This document shows positions 37,872-51,155 of a stretch of 64,000 nt of DNA, piece after piece. The stretch is taken from NCBI GenBank assembly GCA_965112735.1, contig OZ218951.1:2418001-2482000 (forward strand), given 5' to 3'. The translations under genes were made by a program, and so were the position numbers. Position 1 is the stretch's first letter; each line of letters begins with the position of its first letter. Origin of the DNA: Phaeosaccion multiseriatum (Eukaryota; Protista; Ochrophyta, other classes). The notes under the pieces were generated by a model. That model was not told the DNA's origin and made no database searches. It saw only the letters and a program-made list of their open reading frames with translations.

Positions 37872-40800
37872 TCAAGCCCCCCTCTTCCTCTTGGCGCTGG
37901 ACAGCACGTTGAAGGGGCTCCTGCACAGAGCATCATCCGCAGCCTGCGACCCAGATAAAGGGAGTGAGTGAGTGAGTCAGTGAGTGGGTGAAGGGGGGAG
38001 GGAGGGGGGTACATGGACAACCGAGGGCCCGTAAGAAAGCGTTCGCATCGCTCTACATAGACTGACACGCAAGGCGCAGCCTCAAAGTCAAACTCAAAGT
38101 GAGGACACTCCTCACCTCCCCTCACTCACCATGAGGTAGAGTCCCGAGAGAGTCACCGCTGCGAAGGGCGTGTTGCTCACCTTCCGGTAACAAAGGGGAA
38201 CGAGACACACACAGTTGTACACAGATAGAGAGAGAGCGCGAACGACAAAAGAGAGGGAGAGAGACAAAGAAGAGGGAGAAAAAACGCGTCAAACTTTCGG
38301 TTCTCGGGAAGCACAAATGTGTTTGACTCCCCTACTTCGGACACAGTAGCAAGCGATAGACCCTTGGACCTTCGACCCCCGAGCACCGCCCACCGCCCGC
38401 CAACCGACTAAGCACACACACATCCACACACACCTGCTCCAGCGTAGAGGAGCTGTGCACGAGGATGCTGCCAATCTGAATGAGCTCATTGGCGCCCTCC
38501 CCCATGATTTGCACGCCCAGGATGGTGTGCTCGCCCTTCAGCCCAGCGTGTGCGCGGGCCACAATCTGCGGCATGGATGTCAAAAGTGGTGCGATACAGC
38601 ACCCAAGATATGCAAAAGTGAGATTTGAGGCGATCAAAAGAGTTGGCAAGGCGGTTGGTTGTACACGTCTGCATCCAAACACCTCCTACAAATGAGCACA
38701 ACGCACACCTCACCACCCCACCACTCCACACCACACCCCACCACACCACATTACACCACACCCTCCACACCACACCCCACCACATCACACTACCCCACAT
38801 TACACCACACCCTACCCCACCACACCACACCCCACCACATCACACCACACACCACACCACGTCACACTACCCCACATTACACCACACCACACCACATTAC
38901 AACACACCGCACCACGTCACACCCCTTGCATCCCCTCACCTTGAGAAAGCCGTCCGGATCCCCGCTCAATCTTCCCCTGGCTAGGTCTCTAAAGTACGCG
39001 TACCCGGACACGATGGCATCGTCATCTCCGTACTCCTTCCGCGCGTCTTCCTCATACATCCCCACCGCTGCAATCTCAGGCACCGTCCACAGCGTCAAGG
39101 GCGCGTCCATTTCTCCCCACGACTTGGTAGTCATGCCATTACCGCCCTCTTGCTGCGCTTGTTCTGGCTCCTTGGGGGAGTCGAAACCGTCGTCGGGTTC
39201 CGAGAAAAAGTCGTCGTCCACGTAGTCCTCGATGCCGTCCATCTGTTGGTTTGGTTGGGAGCGTATGGGCGGCGGTACAAGTGTGATGGGTGGCAGCATA
39301 AAGGCACGGGACGAGGGGTGCAGGGGGAGGGGGGGGGGGCAGGGTAGGGGGGAGGGGATGAGTGAGAGTGAGGGTGGGAGAGGCGAAGCAGGGAAGAGCC
39401 GACGAGCAAGCGGTTGCTTTATGTATCTGGGGCGACCTTTAGTTTTGCTCTTGCTCTACGGAGCCACCGACGTGGACCAATGCGTTTCAATTTCTGGGTG
39501 AAACGCTTGCGAAGGGCAGCCAGTTTACCCTGGATGAAGGTGGATAGATATACAGATTCGATACATATATGGAAAGGTAGACAGATACATTGACAGATAG
39601 GTAAATGCACGAATGGAAAGGTAGATAGATGGAGAGATAGATAGACAGGTGGACAGATCGATGAAAACACACAGGCAATCGCTAGAGAAGATCTCCCTCG
39701 GCTAAAGTCCTTCTGGAGGGGGGCTGCACACTACGGGCCATCCTAAGCCAAGCCACTCGAGACTAGAGAACAATGCTAGACAACAAGAAAGACTAAACAA
39801 GACAAGGATCCCCTTCTGTAAGGGTGCTAAAGGTGCTCTTTCTGGCCAAACACGTGATATTCACGGGGTGGGAACATGCACGCACACACGCACGCACACA
39901 CACGCACACACGCACACACGCACGCACCTCCTCCAGAGCCTGATTCCTGAGCTCCTCAAGGCGGGACCTGAAGAGACCTGCAGCCACCTTGCGAGCCTGT
40001 TGTTGAGCAGACGAGGCTAGCCCAGGGGGGCCCAGCACGTCTCCGATGGCGAACACGGCCGGGTTGGTTGTACGGTAGACGTCGTCCACCTGTGAAGAGG
40101 GGGAGGGGGAAGAGGAGGGGAGGGAAGAGAAGGGGAGGAGAGGGGATGGAAGGCGGGGCTTAAGAGGACAGGCGGAGTTGCAGAGCAAAGAAGATGGCCA
40201 ACATGGGTTCAACACTTGCGCTCAAAAGGCCGTGACTGACTGACTGACTGACTGGTGTGTTTACTATTCGGCCACTTCCTTACCTTGATTCGGCCGTATT
40301 TTCCAATCTCCACTCCCGCGTGGTCGCAGCCAATGCCTGAGGGGAAGGGATGGGGGAGAGAAGGGGGGGGCAAAGGCCAAGGCAAGGGAAAGGGGGTCGA
40401 ATAATAAATAAAACAACGACGACGACAACAACAATACAACCAACAACAACCACAACCTTCCTTCCTCCTTCCCTCCCTTCCTCCTCCCTCCCCTCCCTTC
40501 GATCCTTCTTTGCCCACCTTGGCTGTTGGCGTCTCTGCCGCCGGAGTAGAGCACCAAGTCCACCGTGAAGAATCTCCTCTTGGCCTGCCTCAGCACAGAA
40601 TGGGGCCATGGGAGTAAGAATCAGAGTCAGAAGTGATCAAAATGAACGCTTCTCGCCCTTCAACCCCCCACCCTCGCTCACCCTAACCCTCCCTCAGTAC
40701 AGACGGTCTGTCTGTCTATCTGCTTGTCTGTCTGTGTACCTCTGCGTCTGTCTGTCTGTCCATCCGTCTATCCGTCTGTCTGTGTACCCCCTCTTTCCCT

Positions 40801-43306
40801 CACCCCTCACCCCTGACCCTCAGGACTGAATAACTGACTGATTGGCTGATTGACGGACTGACTGACTGACTGACTGACTGACTGACTGACTGACTGACTG
40901 ACTGACTGACTGACTGACTTACTGTCTGTGTACCCTCTGGACCCCCCACCCCTCATCCTCACCTTCGGTTGGTTCTCCGGGCGGTCCACATTGACTCTTG
41001 TGAGTCCGTCGACGCCGGTACTGATGCGGCGAATGTCCTCGTGTACCACCAACACGTGATCCTTCTTGAGGCGACGCAGGAGCTTCTCGCGAAACTCCGT
41101 CGAGAGGAAGGGCATGAATTGATCCTTGGGGCAAAGGAGAGTCACACCCACCTAATCGATCGGGTGTGGGTGGGTGGGGTGGGTGGGGTGAAGGGTGGTG
41201 TCGGAGGTGGCGGTGAGCGGCAGGGGAGGTGAGCGCACGCACGCACGCACGCACACACAGAGGGGAGAGTGGGGAACGCCAGCTTACCTTGAGCTTGGCA
41301 AAGACGGTGGCGTACTCGACTGCGATGACGCCCCCTCCGATGATGGCTACGGCGTTGGGGAGGTCCACAATCTTGGCGACCTCAGAGGCGTCAACGAGCT
41401 GCTCTCGAGCCACAGGCACACACAGGCAGAGTGAGAGAGCGAAAGGACGAAAGGAGAGAGAGAGAGAGCGAGCAAGAACGGAGAGGACTACGGACAAGGC
41501 ACATCCATCCCTCACAGCCATCCGCTCTGCTCCATACGCTTTTTCTTCCAGGAAGAGCCCTCGCCCCTAGCACTCCCTCACCTTGCCCTGCCCACCCCAT
41601 GCCCCACCCCATTCCTTCCTGCCCACCCCAGCCCCATCCTCCCTCACCTTGCCCTTCGCCCACGGAAGCTCCAACCCACTGCGAGTCTTGTCGGGTCTGT
41701 TGGGGCGACTCCCCGTAGCCACTACCACGTGCTTAGCGGCGAGCTCGATACACTCACGTGCCCGGCAGACGCGCACCACTGCCCCACCCGGGGGGGCTTT
41801 GACTGTGGCATCTGCGGGCTTCACCAATTCAGCTGCACCGATGTACAAGTCACATTGGTTCTGTGGACGTGCGGAACGACGTGTGTTGGGTGTTGAGTTG
41901 AGATACGTGCACAGGGGGGGGCGGACGTAGACCCAACTGACTGACAGCCCATCCGACAGACCGACTGACTGACCGACTGGCTGACTTACGGACCCAATCA
42001 ACTGCCTGACTGACCTTGGCGAGTCTTCCCCTGGTCTCTGCTGCTTGCATCACTTCCGCCTCTGTCCGCAGGGCCGGGAAGCGAAGCTTCCAGAGCCGGC
42101 GGATCTGCCTCCTCTCGTCGCCTCCCACCTGTGGCACAGAGGGACACACACACACGAGAGAGAGAGAGAGAGAGAGGAAGGAGAGGGTAAAATAATGGGC
42201 AAATGAAAGACAGGGAAAAATAGAGCGAGGGGGGAAAAACCCAACTCGTATCTCACAGAAATGCCCTGGAAGATAACCATCGCATCCTGTCCTTCTTGTC
42301 CATGTGGTGCAGGAGCGCTCCCCTCCCTCCCTCTCCAAGAGCACCAGCGCAGCCTCTCCGCACCCTTTCAATCAGCCAATGCGATGCCCCCAACCCACCC
42401 TATCCTCTGCCTGCACTGTGTTTTCTGTAACTGATCAATGGTCCCCCAATGCCCCCCAACTTATCTATCTGCCACCTTGACATCATGTGGCTGTACCTGA
42501 TCAATGGTCTTGGAGATAATCTTGGCGGCCTCTCGGACGGCCTTTGAGGTGAGCCCTGTAGGCCCTCCGAAGCTGCTCTTAATCTCCACCACCGCCACGC
42601 GGGCTCCGTAGTGCGAGGCGTGCACGGCTGCTGACTCTCTGAGACAGACGGCGAAAAGAGAGAGACGCGGCAGGTGGTTAGAGGGTTGCGGCCGGAGGAG
42701 GGTTGGTTAGAGGGTTGCGGGGGCCTCGTGTAGGGGGACGGGGGCACCCAGAGCCTAGGAAGAAAGAGAAGGGAGGCAGATACTGCCAGAACAATGGCTT
42801 GCAAGACTCAAACACACGCACTATCTCCCTCGTCCCCCCCTTTGCTCCTCCTCCCAGTCAAAGGGCCTGACTCACCCCCCAGGGCCCGAGCCCAGCACCA
42901 CAATGTCATAAGGCTCTTCGGGTGGCTCTGGGAACGCCCTCTGCGCAAGATCCGGCAGCTTGGCAGCCATCCTGTCCTTGTCCCGGACCTTGCCCTTGCC
43001 CTTTCGACTCGGCCTCTTTTCAGGGGCCGGGGCCATGACCAAGTCTCTCTCTGCTCGTCTCCGGTTCCTGCTGCTGCCACCTGCTGCTGCCACCCCCGTT
43101 GCTGCTGCTGCTGCTGTCGCTACACTTGGTCTTCTTCCCCCTCGGCTTCGCTGCGTCTGCTTCTGCTGCTCCATCTGCTGGTGGGTCGGCTGTTGAGGGA
43201 GCAGCGACGGCGTTGTTGTCGTGGAGATTGCAGGAGCTCTGTTGCTGCCCAATGGCTTCTTCGTGGCCAGCCATGATGTGACGGACGTCTTCCAGGGTAT
43301 TTTCAT
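37872..43306 (-). CDS. Soluble pyridine nucleotide transhydrogenase-like flavoprotein (SthA/UdhA-like)
   Basis: Motifs YDIVVLGSGPGGE, FGGPTGLTSKAVRE (no redox CxxxxC), VVVATGSRPNRP, IIGGGVIAVEYATVF, GRDANS, FAIGDVLGPPGLASSA, LWTVPEIAAVG, ARGRLSGDPDGFLK, LGVQIMGEGANELIQIG and NTPFAAVTLS. About 13-14 exons; the start is uncertain. Confidence 0.85.
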
Positions 43307-43645
43307 TTTTTTTTTTTCCCCTTCCCCCTTTTTTTTCTCTTCAAGTTGTCTTGCAGCCCAGCATTGCCTCCAAAGCTGCCGGAGAGCTGACGTGACAATT
43401 CGCTGAGCGAGAGGCGGGGTATCAGAGTAGAGACTGCTGCAAGCGGAAGGACAAGGAAGGCAAAGGGATGACGCAAACTGCGGCTAAACAAGACAGAACA
43501 TCCACATGAGCAGAGGGGAGAAAGAGGAAAAGGCCCGGGCCCATGCAATCTTTTCTTGACATACTTAAAACCCTGGGGTGGACGCAAAGCTCCTGTGTGG
43601 CCTGCCGGGTTCATTAGCTTTGTTTGCACTGAGCGCTTGGTAGTC

Positions 43646-46548
43646 ATGGTGAGTGGGCGAGGTAGGGCTGATTTGGATGAGCGTGCCATGGCAGATACTC
43701 AGTCGGCGAAGCGAATCGCAGGCGTGGCCGAGTGAGGCATGGCGAAATGCCTGCGTTGGATGGGCAGAAGAGAAGAGATGATGGAAATCAAAGAGGAGAA
43801 GGAAGGAATTAATATCTTGACACTCCTCTTCGTCTTTCTGATTCACCTATCTTTTCTTTTGTGCTCTTCACCGCTCCCCGCTCCCTCTCCCAAATACCCA
43901 AACAGGGTCCTCGTAAGGTTGTGACCAAGAAGCCGGCCAAGGCCAAGCGCGCCTCTGACCCCTTGTGCCCCTCCAAGCCCAAGTCCTTTAGGATTGGAGG
44001 AGCCATCCAGGTAGGCATTCACCGCTGAGTGATATGCAGTTAGTCCGTCAGCGTGACGATGCCCCCCCCTCGTTGATATGATGGGGAGGGGGGGGAGGAG
44101 AGGGAGGCAATGCTCTGGTTATCTCGTTTTCCGAGAGGTTGGGTCTTTGGTCTGCGACTGTGCTTGATTGAACGGTGGATGCGCATTAAACAGCACTGGT
44201 TGCTTCTTTACTTGAAGCCTGGAGCCTCTTTTGTTTTCTTTAATGGGTTGCGGGGAAGGAAGAGAAGAGAATGAGCGCCTCCTTAGCGGCCCGCCGCCTG
44301 TCTGCGCCGCGATGACACAAATACACGGCTTTCTGCGCGGTTGTACAAGCCCGATCCGTCTCCCTCCTTCTCCAGACGGAAAGGAAAGACGGATAGGGCG
44401 ACACCGCGACAGGAATGAAAGGAAAGAGGACACGTCAGGAAGGGAGGGCGGGTTCATCCCCCCCCCGTCTGACGTACGCAGTGAGTGGAGGGATCGTCGA
44501 AGTTGGAGCCTCGGCTCTTATTTCGGCGCCCTTCACCACGTCGGTTGAGAGCAGGGAGGCGGGGGGGGGAGGAAGAGGCTTGAGAGTGGACGGGAAGGCG
44601 TGGTGGCAATGGGGACGAATGTCCTTATGCTGCCCTGCCCCTCTCTGCCTATTCGACTCTCATACACACCCGCCGGGACCTGCTTCTCTTGCTCCTCTTT
44701 CTCTTCCCCTTGCTGAGCCTGACTCGGCTTGCGGTGGAGGAGGAGGAGGCCGACGCTGTCGGGAGGAATGGCATGTCAGAGCTTCTCGTCTCTTTCTCGC
44801 TCCTCTCTCACCCTTCTCCTCTTTCGAAAGGAAGTTGGGGGAGGAGGAGGAGAGGAGTGGGAAGAGGGAGAGGAGGTGCGACGTCCTTCGTCCCCGCACT
44901 GCGTTAGCGGCCGCTTGCTTCACCTCACCCCACGTCTTGCACCGCTCCGCTGTGTGCGAGACGTCTGTGGTCGAGTGTGCTCTGGAACAGCAAGACAAGC
45001 GTCGTGATGATATAAAAACCAAGTTAGCGGCCGTTGAAGGACGGACAAGTAGGGGGGGCAGCAGCAACAGCAGCAGCAGCAGCAGCCCTCCTCTTGCTCC
45101 CTACTGACACGTGTCGCAATGATACAAAACAGCCCACCCGAACGCAATGGCTCTGCAAGCGAATGACGTCCGAGCAGCCACCCCACCGCGGCTCTTTGCG
45201 CGGACTGACGCTTTGCATCCTGTGTCGGGCACTCAGCGGCCGCCCGATTAGCTTGGGCGCGTCAAGGTCAGGGTGCCACAGAGAACAGGGGGAGGGGGAG
45301 GAGGAGGAGGAGAAGGAGAGGGGCTTGAGGGTCTCTTCTTTCTCCGTTTCTTCTTTCTTTTCTTCCTAAGTATCTGTTGGTGCATGGGACGACACGCTTT
45401 GAGTCCGGACGAACGCCGCTGAGTTGGAAGGAAGGAACGGAAGGGAAGGGCGGTCACGGCACGGTCCGCCCTCCCTCATCCTCCGAGCCAAGAGAGTTAT
45501 CAGTATCGACTTCAAATCATCACACACACGTTCGTGCGGCCCCGTCGTCTCCGTCTCGTTGTGGATCATCCTCAGAGCAGTTTCAGTCTCAGTTTCTTTG
45601 GGGTCTCCTGCAGCAGCTCAAGAGAGGAATGTGTTTTTTGCCATGACCCTCTGGGTTTTTGAGAGAATGGGGGAGGGGGGGCGGGATGAGTCTGTTTCCT
45701 TGTCTTTCCATCTGTCTTTCTGCCCCCCCCCCCCTCTCTTCTAACCTGTCTTCTCTCTTCTCGCCTGGGTCGACTTTGCCGCTCGTCAGCCCAAGAGGGA
45801 TCTGTCCCGCTTCGTCAAGTGGCCCCGCTATGTGCGCATCCAGCGCCAGCGAAAGGTGAGGAGAGAAGAGGCGCTCTTTCCGTGTATGTGTTGTTGTGGA
45901 GAGGAGAGAAGAGGCGCTTGTGAGTGCGTGTTTGTGTGGGAGAGGAGAGAGTGGACAGGGATGGTGGAGATGCGCCCACCCACCCGTCCATCCGCAGACA
46001 CCTTGGGTGCAGGTGCGGAGGCGGAAGTGTCCCCCCCCCCCCACTGCCACCTACCTACCTGTCTTCCTCCACCCCACACCTACATCCACTCGTCTACTCC
46101 CCTCCACCCTTGCCTCTTGCTGCCCCATCCATCTAACGCCCTCCCCTCTCCACTGCCATCGCTTCCCACCCCTTCCCTCCACTGCCATTCGTTCGTTTGT
46201 TTGCCCCTGCGAGCAGATCCTGATGCAGCGCCTGAAGGTGCCCCCTGCCATCACTCAGTTCTCCAACACTCTTGACAAGAACCAGGCCACTGAGCTCTTC
46301 AAGCTGCTCATCAAGTACCAGCCCGAGACCAAGCAGGTGCGTCACACCGTCCCGTGCGTATATATATATGTGTGTGTGTGCGTGTGTGTGGATGTGTGAG
46401 TGTCTTTATAGCGTCGTGCACTCCACCACCCCTTCGCAAGGCACATCAGAGCTTCCGGCCGTACGACACGTGTACCACACCCTTCTTACGCATCCATCCT
46501 TTCACTTCTCTCTCTTCTCCTTCTTGTCCTCTCTCTCCCTCTCTCTCC

Positions 46549-46591
<43 letters not shown>

Positions 46592-47342
46592 ACACACATC
46601 AGGCCAAGAGCGAGCGCATCAAGGCCCTTGCGGGCGAGAAGGCCGCTGGAGGAAGCTCCTCCTCCTCCGCCCCCGTGGTGCTCAAGTACGGGCTCAAGCA
46701 CGTGACCACCCTCGTTGAGGAGAAGAAGGCCAAGATGGTCTGCATCGCCTCCGACGTGGTAAGTGGGTGGTGGCGTGTGCGGAGGGCGGGGGGGAGACTG
46801 AGGTGTGAAGGGGGAGAGTCAAATGGGAGGGAGAGTGAAGTGGAAGGGAAAGGGAGAGGGAGGGAGGGAGGGACGACAATGGATGTGGGCAGGTCAGAGG
46901 GAGTGAAATTAAGAGAACAGGACAGGTTTTGTTAACTGTTATCTCAAGTGCACAGTATAGTCAGGTGTGCCCTCTTTCTCACTATCTTCTCGCACCCCCC
47001 TCCCCACCTAATACCACCACCCCCCTTTAGGTCCCCCTCGAGCTCGTTGTGTGGCTGCCCGCCCTCTGCCGAAAGATGGAGGTGCCCTTTTGCATTGTCA
47101 AGAACAAGGCTCGCCTCGGTCAGCTCGTCCACAAGAAGACCGCCGCCGTCGTGTGCCTGACCGCCGTGAACAAGGAGGACTCTGGCAAGCTCAGCACTCT
47201 GTCCAACAACTTCACGGCCGCCTTCAACGACACCATCCCTCGCAAGTGGGGTGGAGGACTCATGGGCCTCAAGACGCAGAAGAAGCTCGAGAAGAGAGAG
47301 AAGGCTCTGCAGGCCGAGCTCGCCAAGAAGGCCCAGTTCTAA
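43646..47342 (+). CDS. RPL7A: 60S ribosomal protein L7a (eL8)
   Basis: ATG-only first coding exon (43646-43648|GTGAGT), then exons 43906-44010, 45790-45855, ~46217-46336, 46603-46758 and 47031-47342. Motifs [54 protein letters not shown] and RKWGGG. Confidence 0.97.
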
Positions 47343-47723
47343 GCGATTGCGAAAGAACGACCAACGAGGGTGTTATGTTTTTGTTTTCACAAATCAGACA
47401 CACGCGGTGGGAGGGAGAGGAGTGGGCGCTTGCTTTGCTTTGGTCGGCTTGCCTGTGCGCTTGCTGGCTTTGCTGCTTGAATCCCTTCCGACCACCCACA
47501 AACAAAGTGCAAGAAAGCTTTTAAATCAGAAAAAATACAAAAACTAGAAAAACCAAAACGGGGGAATGAATTGCCATTTTATCCATCGCTCTGAAGTCTT
47601 GTTACAACTCGTAACGTCAGGGCTGCAGATACGCTTTGTACTGAATGGCAAAGAGAGGGCCAACAGAGACTCCTCGGCGTGTTGTGCGTGGCTCCAGTCT
47701 CGGTCTCGCCCACCCGCCTACCC

Positions 47724-48420
47724 TCACGGGGCCACACCTTGCGAGGAAGAAGCAGCAGCAGCAGCGGGCTCCCCACCACCCCCACCTTGGTCGGCGGAGA
47801 GAAGCTGAGAGAACCTGGCCACATAGCGCTTGGCAGGGGCGCACGACTGCACAAAGAGAGATGCACCCTCTTCCGACAAGACGTCGGGCAGCAGGTGGCT
47901 GAGCCGCACTGCCCCTCCGCCGTCCGGCAGGGGAGGACGCAGGGAAGCCCCGCTCGGAGCAGGCTCTTCTTTCCCCTCCTCCTCCTCCTCCTCCTCCTCC
48001 TCCACCACCTGCTCCTCCTCCTCCTGCTCCTCCTTATCCTCCTCCCCCTGGTCGAGTCGGGACCCCACTGCCCCTGGCCAACTTTCCTCTTGCTGCTGAC
48101 GTATCACCCGCTGCTGTTGCTGCTGCTGCTGCCGCTGCTGCTGCTGTTGTTTTCCTTGACCCATACAACGCTGCTGCGTTGGTGCTTCGCTCTCGTCGGC
48201 GGCCGCGTCGTGCGTTCTCTGGTGCTCGTCCCACTCCGCCCCTTGCAGCAGCATGGCCTTGCACACCCTGCACTTGAGGCGCGGACGGACACCTCGACTC
48301 GGAAGCCTGCCGCCTCCTCCCCCCCCGCCCCCTCCTGCGGCCGCGCACCCGCTCCGTCGATTGGCACCAGCTGGAGGTGGAGGGGTTTCGAGTCGAGCGG
48401 GAGCTGCAGCAGTTGGTGAT

Positions 48421-48454
<34 letters not shown>

Positions 48455-50769
48455 CAGCGGGAGGGAGCGCCTCTGAAGCCTCGCCGTGTGACTTCTGCTT
48501 CGGGGTGGGGGTACCCTGTCGGGCGGAGACAGTGTCTTCCTCCCCCTCTTCCCCCTCCTCCTCCTCCTCCTCCTCCTCCTCCTCCTCCCGGCAGCTTCTA
48601 CGAAGATCCACCCGCTTCTTCACGCCATGCCCCACTCCTGTTCTTTCCTCCGGAAGCTCCTCTTCCTCCTCCTGCTCCCCCTTACCCATGCCACACTGCC
48701 TCTCGACTGCCTTCCTCTCCTGCAGCGCGAGGGAGAGCCCCACCAGAGGAGGCGGCAGAAGCGACGTCTTCCCCCCCTTCCTCGAAGCCGCGCTGCTACT
48801 GGCTGCCGCTGCTGTCTCTCCTTCCTCTCCTCCTTCAGCAGCAGCATCAGCAGCAGCAGCGGTAAGGGGCCATGGCGAGGGAAACAAAGCCGCCAGGGAG
48901 GCTCCTATCGCCGCATCCAGGAGCTCCTCCACAGTGCCCGACCCGGACAACGGGACCACCTTCGAGCTACCTCCCTTGACACATGCCATGCGGCCGCTGC
49001 CGCCCCTTCTTCTCCTACTGCCACTTCCGCTTCTGCTGCTAGTGGTGGTTGTCGTCTCATCGCCGCTCGCCTCCCGGCTTTCCTCACGCATTCTACCACT
49101 GTTGCGAGCCTTCGCATCTGCCCTCTTCCTCACCCCTCCATCCTCTTCCTCTTCCTCCTCTTCCGCGAAACGCAAATGCAAGGCCAAGCTGCTGCTCCCC
49201 TCTCTGTCTCTGCTGTCATCGTCCGGCCTCTTGCGCTTCCTCCCGCCGCTGCCGGAGGAGCAGGCACTGGTCCCTGCTGACTCTTCTTCTCCCTCGAGTA
49301 GAGGGCCAACATATGATTTCTGCTGCTGTATCACCAACTCCTGAGGCTTGTGAGGGTGAGCAAGCAGGAGAGACCGCCCCTCCCTTCGCACGTAAGACTG
49401 CACCACTGAGAGCTCTTCGCAGGGCCGGACAATCACAACTCGGTCTTGCTGCTGCTGCTGCTCCTGTCCCCGCTCCTGCTGCTGCTGTTGCCGCTCCTGC
49501 TGATGGGGGCTGCCGTGCCCACTGTGACTCTGAAGGGAGCGGCGGAGCTCGCACAAGTGGCGCTCAGAGGCCATTCTGACGGCAGCGCGCGAAGACATGA
49601 GGGTGGAGGTGAGGGTGAGGGGAAGTGAGGGTGAGGGAGAGGTGGGGTGAGAAGAGGCAGGGCTTCAGGCTGGAAGCATGAGCGGACAGAAGCAGGCATG
49701 AGGATGCCTACAAGGCTGGCAGAGAGGCGGAGACGCGGGGAGGGTGTGAAGCGCCGGTAGAGAGAGGGAAGAAGTGACGCGAAGGTCTGGTTGAGGAGGA
49801 GGGAAGAGGGGTAGAGAAAGAGAGGAATCGTACGTGTGTGTACATGTGCATGTATTGCCACCATACCAGCACCGACCTCGCCAGCAGCGGAGTCCTCGCC
49901 ACGACGACTCCGCAGTCGTATCCAAGGGTGTCGTTGAGAGTTGTCTGCATCACGCGAGCGAGGGAGGCGCCCCCTTCCATCAGGGCTTCTAGTCTCGCTA
50001 GACGCGCGCAGTGGCGGGGGGTCTCTTCCTCTTGCTTGCTTTTGTCCCCGTTGTCGAGGATGGGTTCCGTCCGGCGCCGACAGTTGGCGCCTCCGCTGTT
50101 GTGACTGCTGCTACTCCCGCCGCTGTTAGTATTGTTGTTGTTGTTGTTGCTATCGCTACTCGCACCACCGCCTCTACTACTCCTGGACGGTGCATCGCGA
50201 AGGCTGCCCGCCATCCGAAGCAGCCAGTCTTCCGGCGGCTGGAGGAAGACGTCACATCTCTCTGCCCCAGCCCCTGCTGCTGCTGGCTGTTCTCGTCCCG
50301 CCTCTCCCTCGTTCTCCACCCACAATTTCCCCGCAGGCGGGCAAAAGCCCCTCAATAGGGCACACACCGTGCTGCGAGCAGAGCTGATCGCCTGTGGCGT
50401 GATGTGCCACGACGTTGAGATGCTGTCTCTTCTGACGAGGCCAAGACCCGCAGCCTCCGCTTGGTCATGTGGTGGCTGCAGCAGCGTGTGTTTGTGTGAG
50501 TGTGTCTTCAACACCTTTACACAGGGAAATGCGTCGGTCAATGCTCTGATCGTTGTCCTCTCGCTCACCCCAATGGCCCGTGCCTCCTTGCTGACTCCCG
50601 TTATCAGGAGGTCACCGCCATCCCTGTCGGAGGTAAGAGAGCTCGGTGTGGACGAAGCCGTGACCAAGGGTAAGCCTCTGAGACTGGGGACAGCGTTGCG
50701 CAGGACCTGCACCCTGAAGGGCTCCAACCAATGCAGGGAGACAAGGAGGACGATGCTTCCATCATCCAT
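47724..50769 (-). CDS. Y-family DNA polymerase-like (IMS-fold) protein, apparently catalytically degenerate, with a C-terminal C2H2/UBZ-like finger
   Basis: Exon 1 (50769-49877) carries IVLLVSLHWLEPFRVQV...PSLRGLPLV...ITGVSKEARAIGV...AFPCVKVL and LGYDCGVVVARTPLLAR. It joins exon 2 (from 49575) to give LLARMASE, matching the LLAKxAS consensus. The finger is KCRVCK-x8-DEHQRTH. Confidence 0.7.
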
Positions 50770-51155
50770 CGCTCACCACTTCTCTTGCCCCCGCCTTCCT
50801 ACCTGCTGCTCAGCAGCTCCCCTTCTCATCTATAAGGAGAAGGTCAGCCTATCAACATGGAGAAGGATCCCAGATGGGAAGGATATAAAAAATGAGGAAG
50901 AAGAAGAAGGAAATTGAAAAATGAAACACATTCTAAGGAAACAAAAGATAGGAGATGCTTCACAAGTTGGTTCTTCAGGGGAGGCGGTTTTTGGTTTTTG
51001 GAGATGCGGCGCATTGGATTCCGTAACCGATCCAAAAGAAAATATCCCGAATTTTATTAAATTAGCGCCACCAGATAAAGATGGCTCGACTCAGCAGGCA
51101 GGGCCAAGACTGCAGTTTTTGCTTCTGGTGGTGCTGAAGGGAACGCAAAGTGAGG

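Noticed and set aside
38700-38930. (CACCA)n-like degenerate repeat giving His/Thr/Pro-rich ORFs
   Set aside because: It is an intronic simple repeat in the SthA-like gene, neither telomeric nor coding.
43303-43689. Upstream ORF that could fuse to the SthA-like gene through a frameshift in the poly-A run, adding a signal-like peptide
   Set aside because: Its possible start codons overlap or abut the RPL7A start. A homopolymer error cannot be judged without reads, so it is left unannotated.
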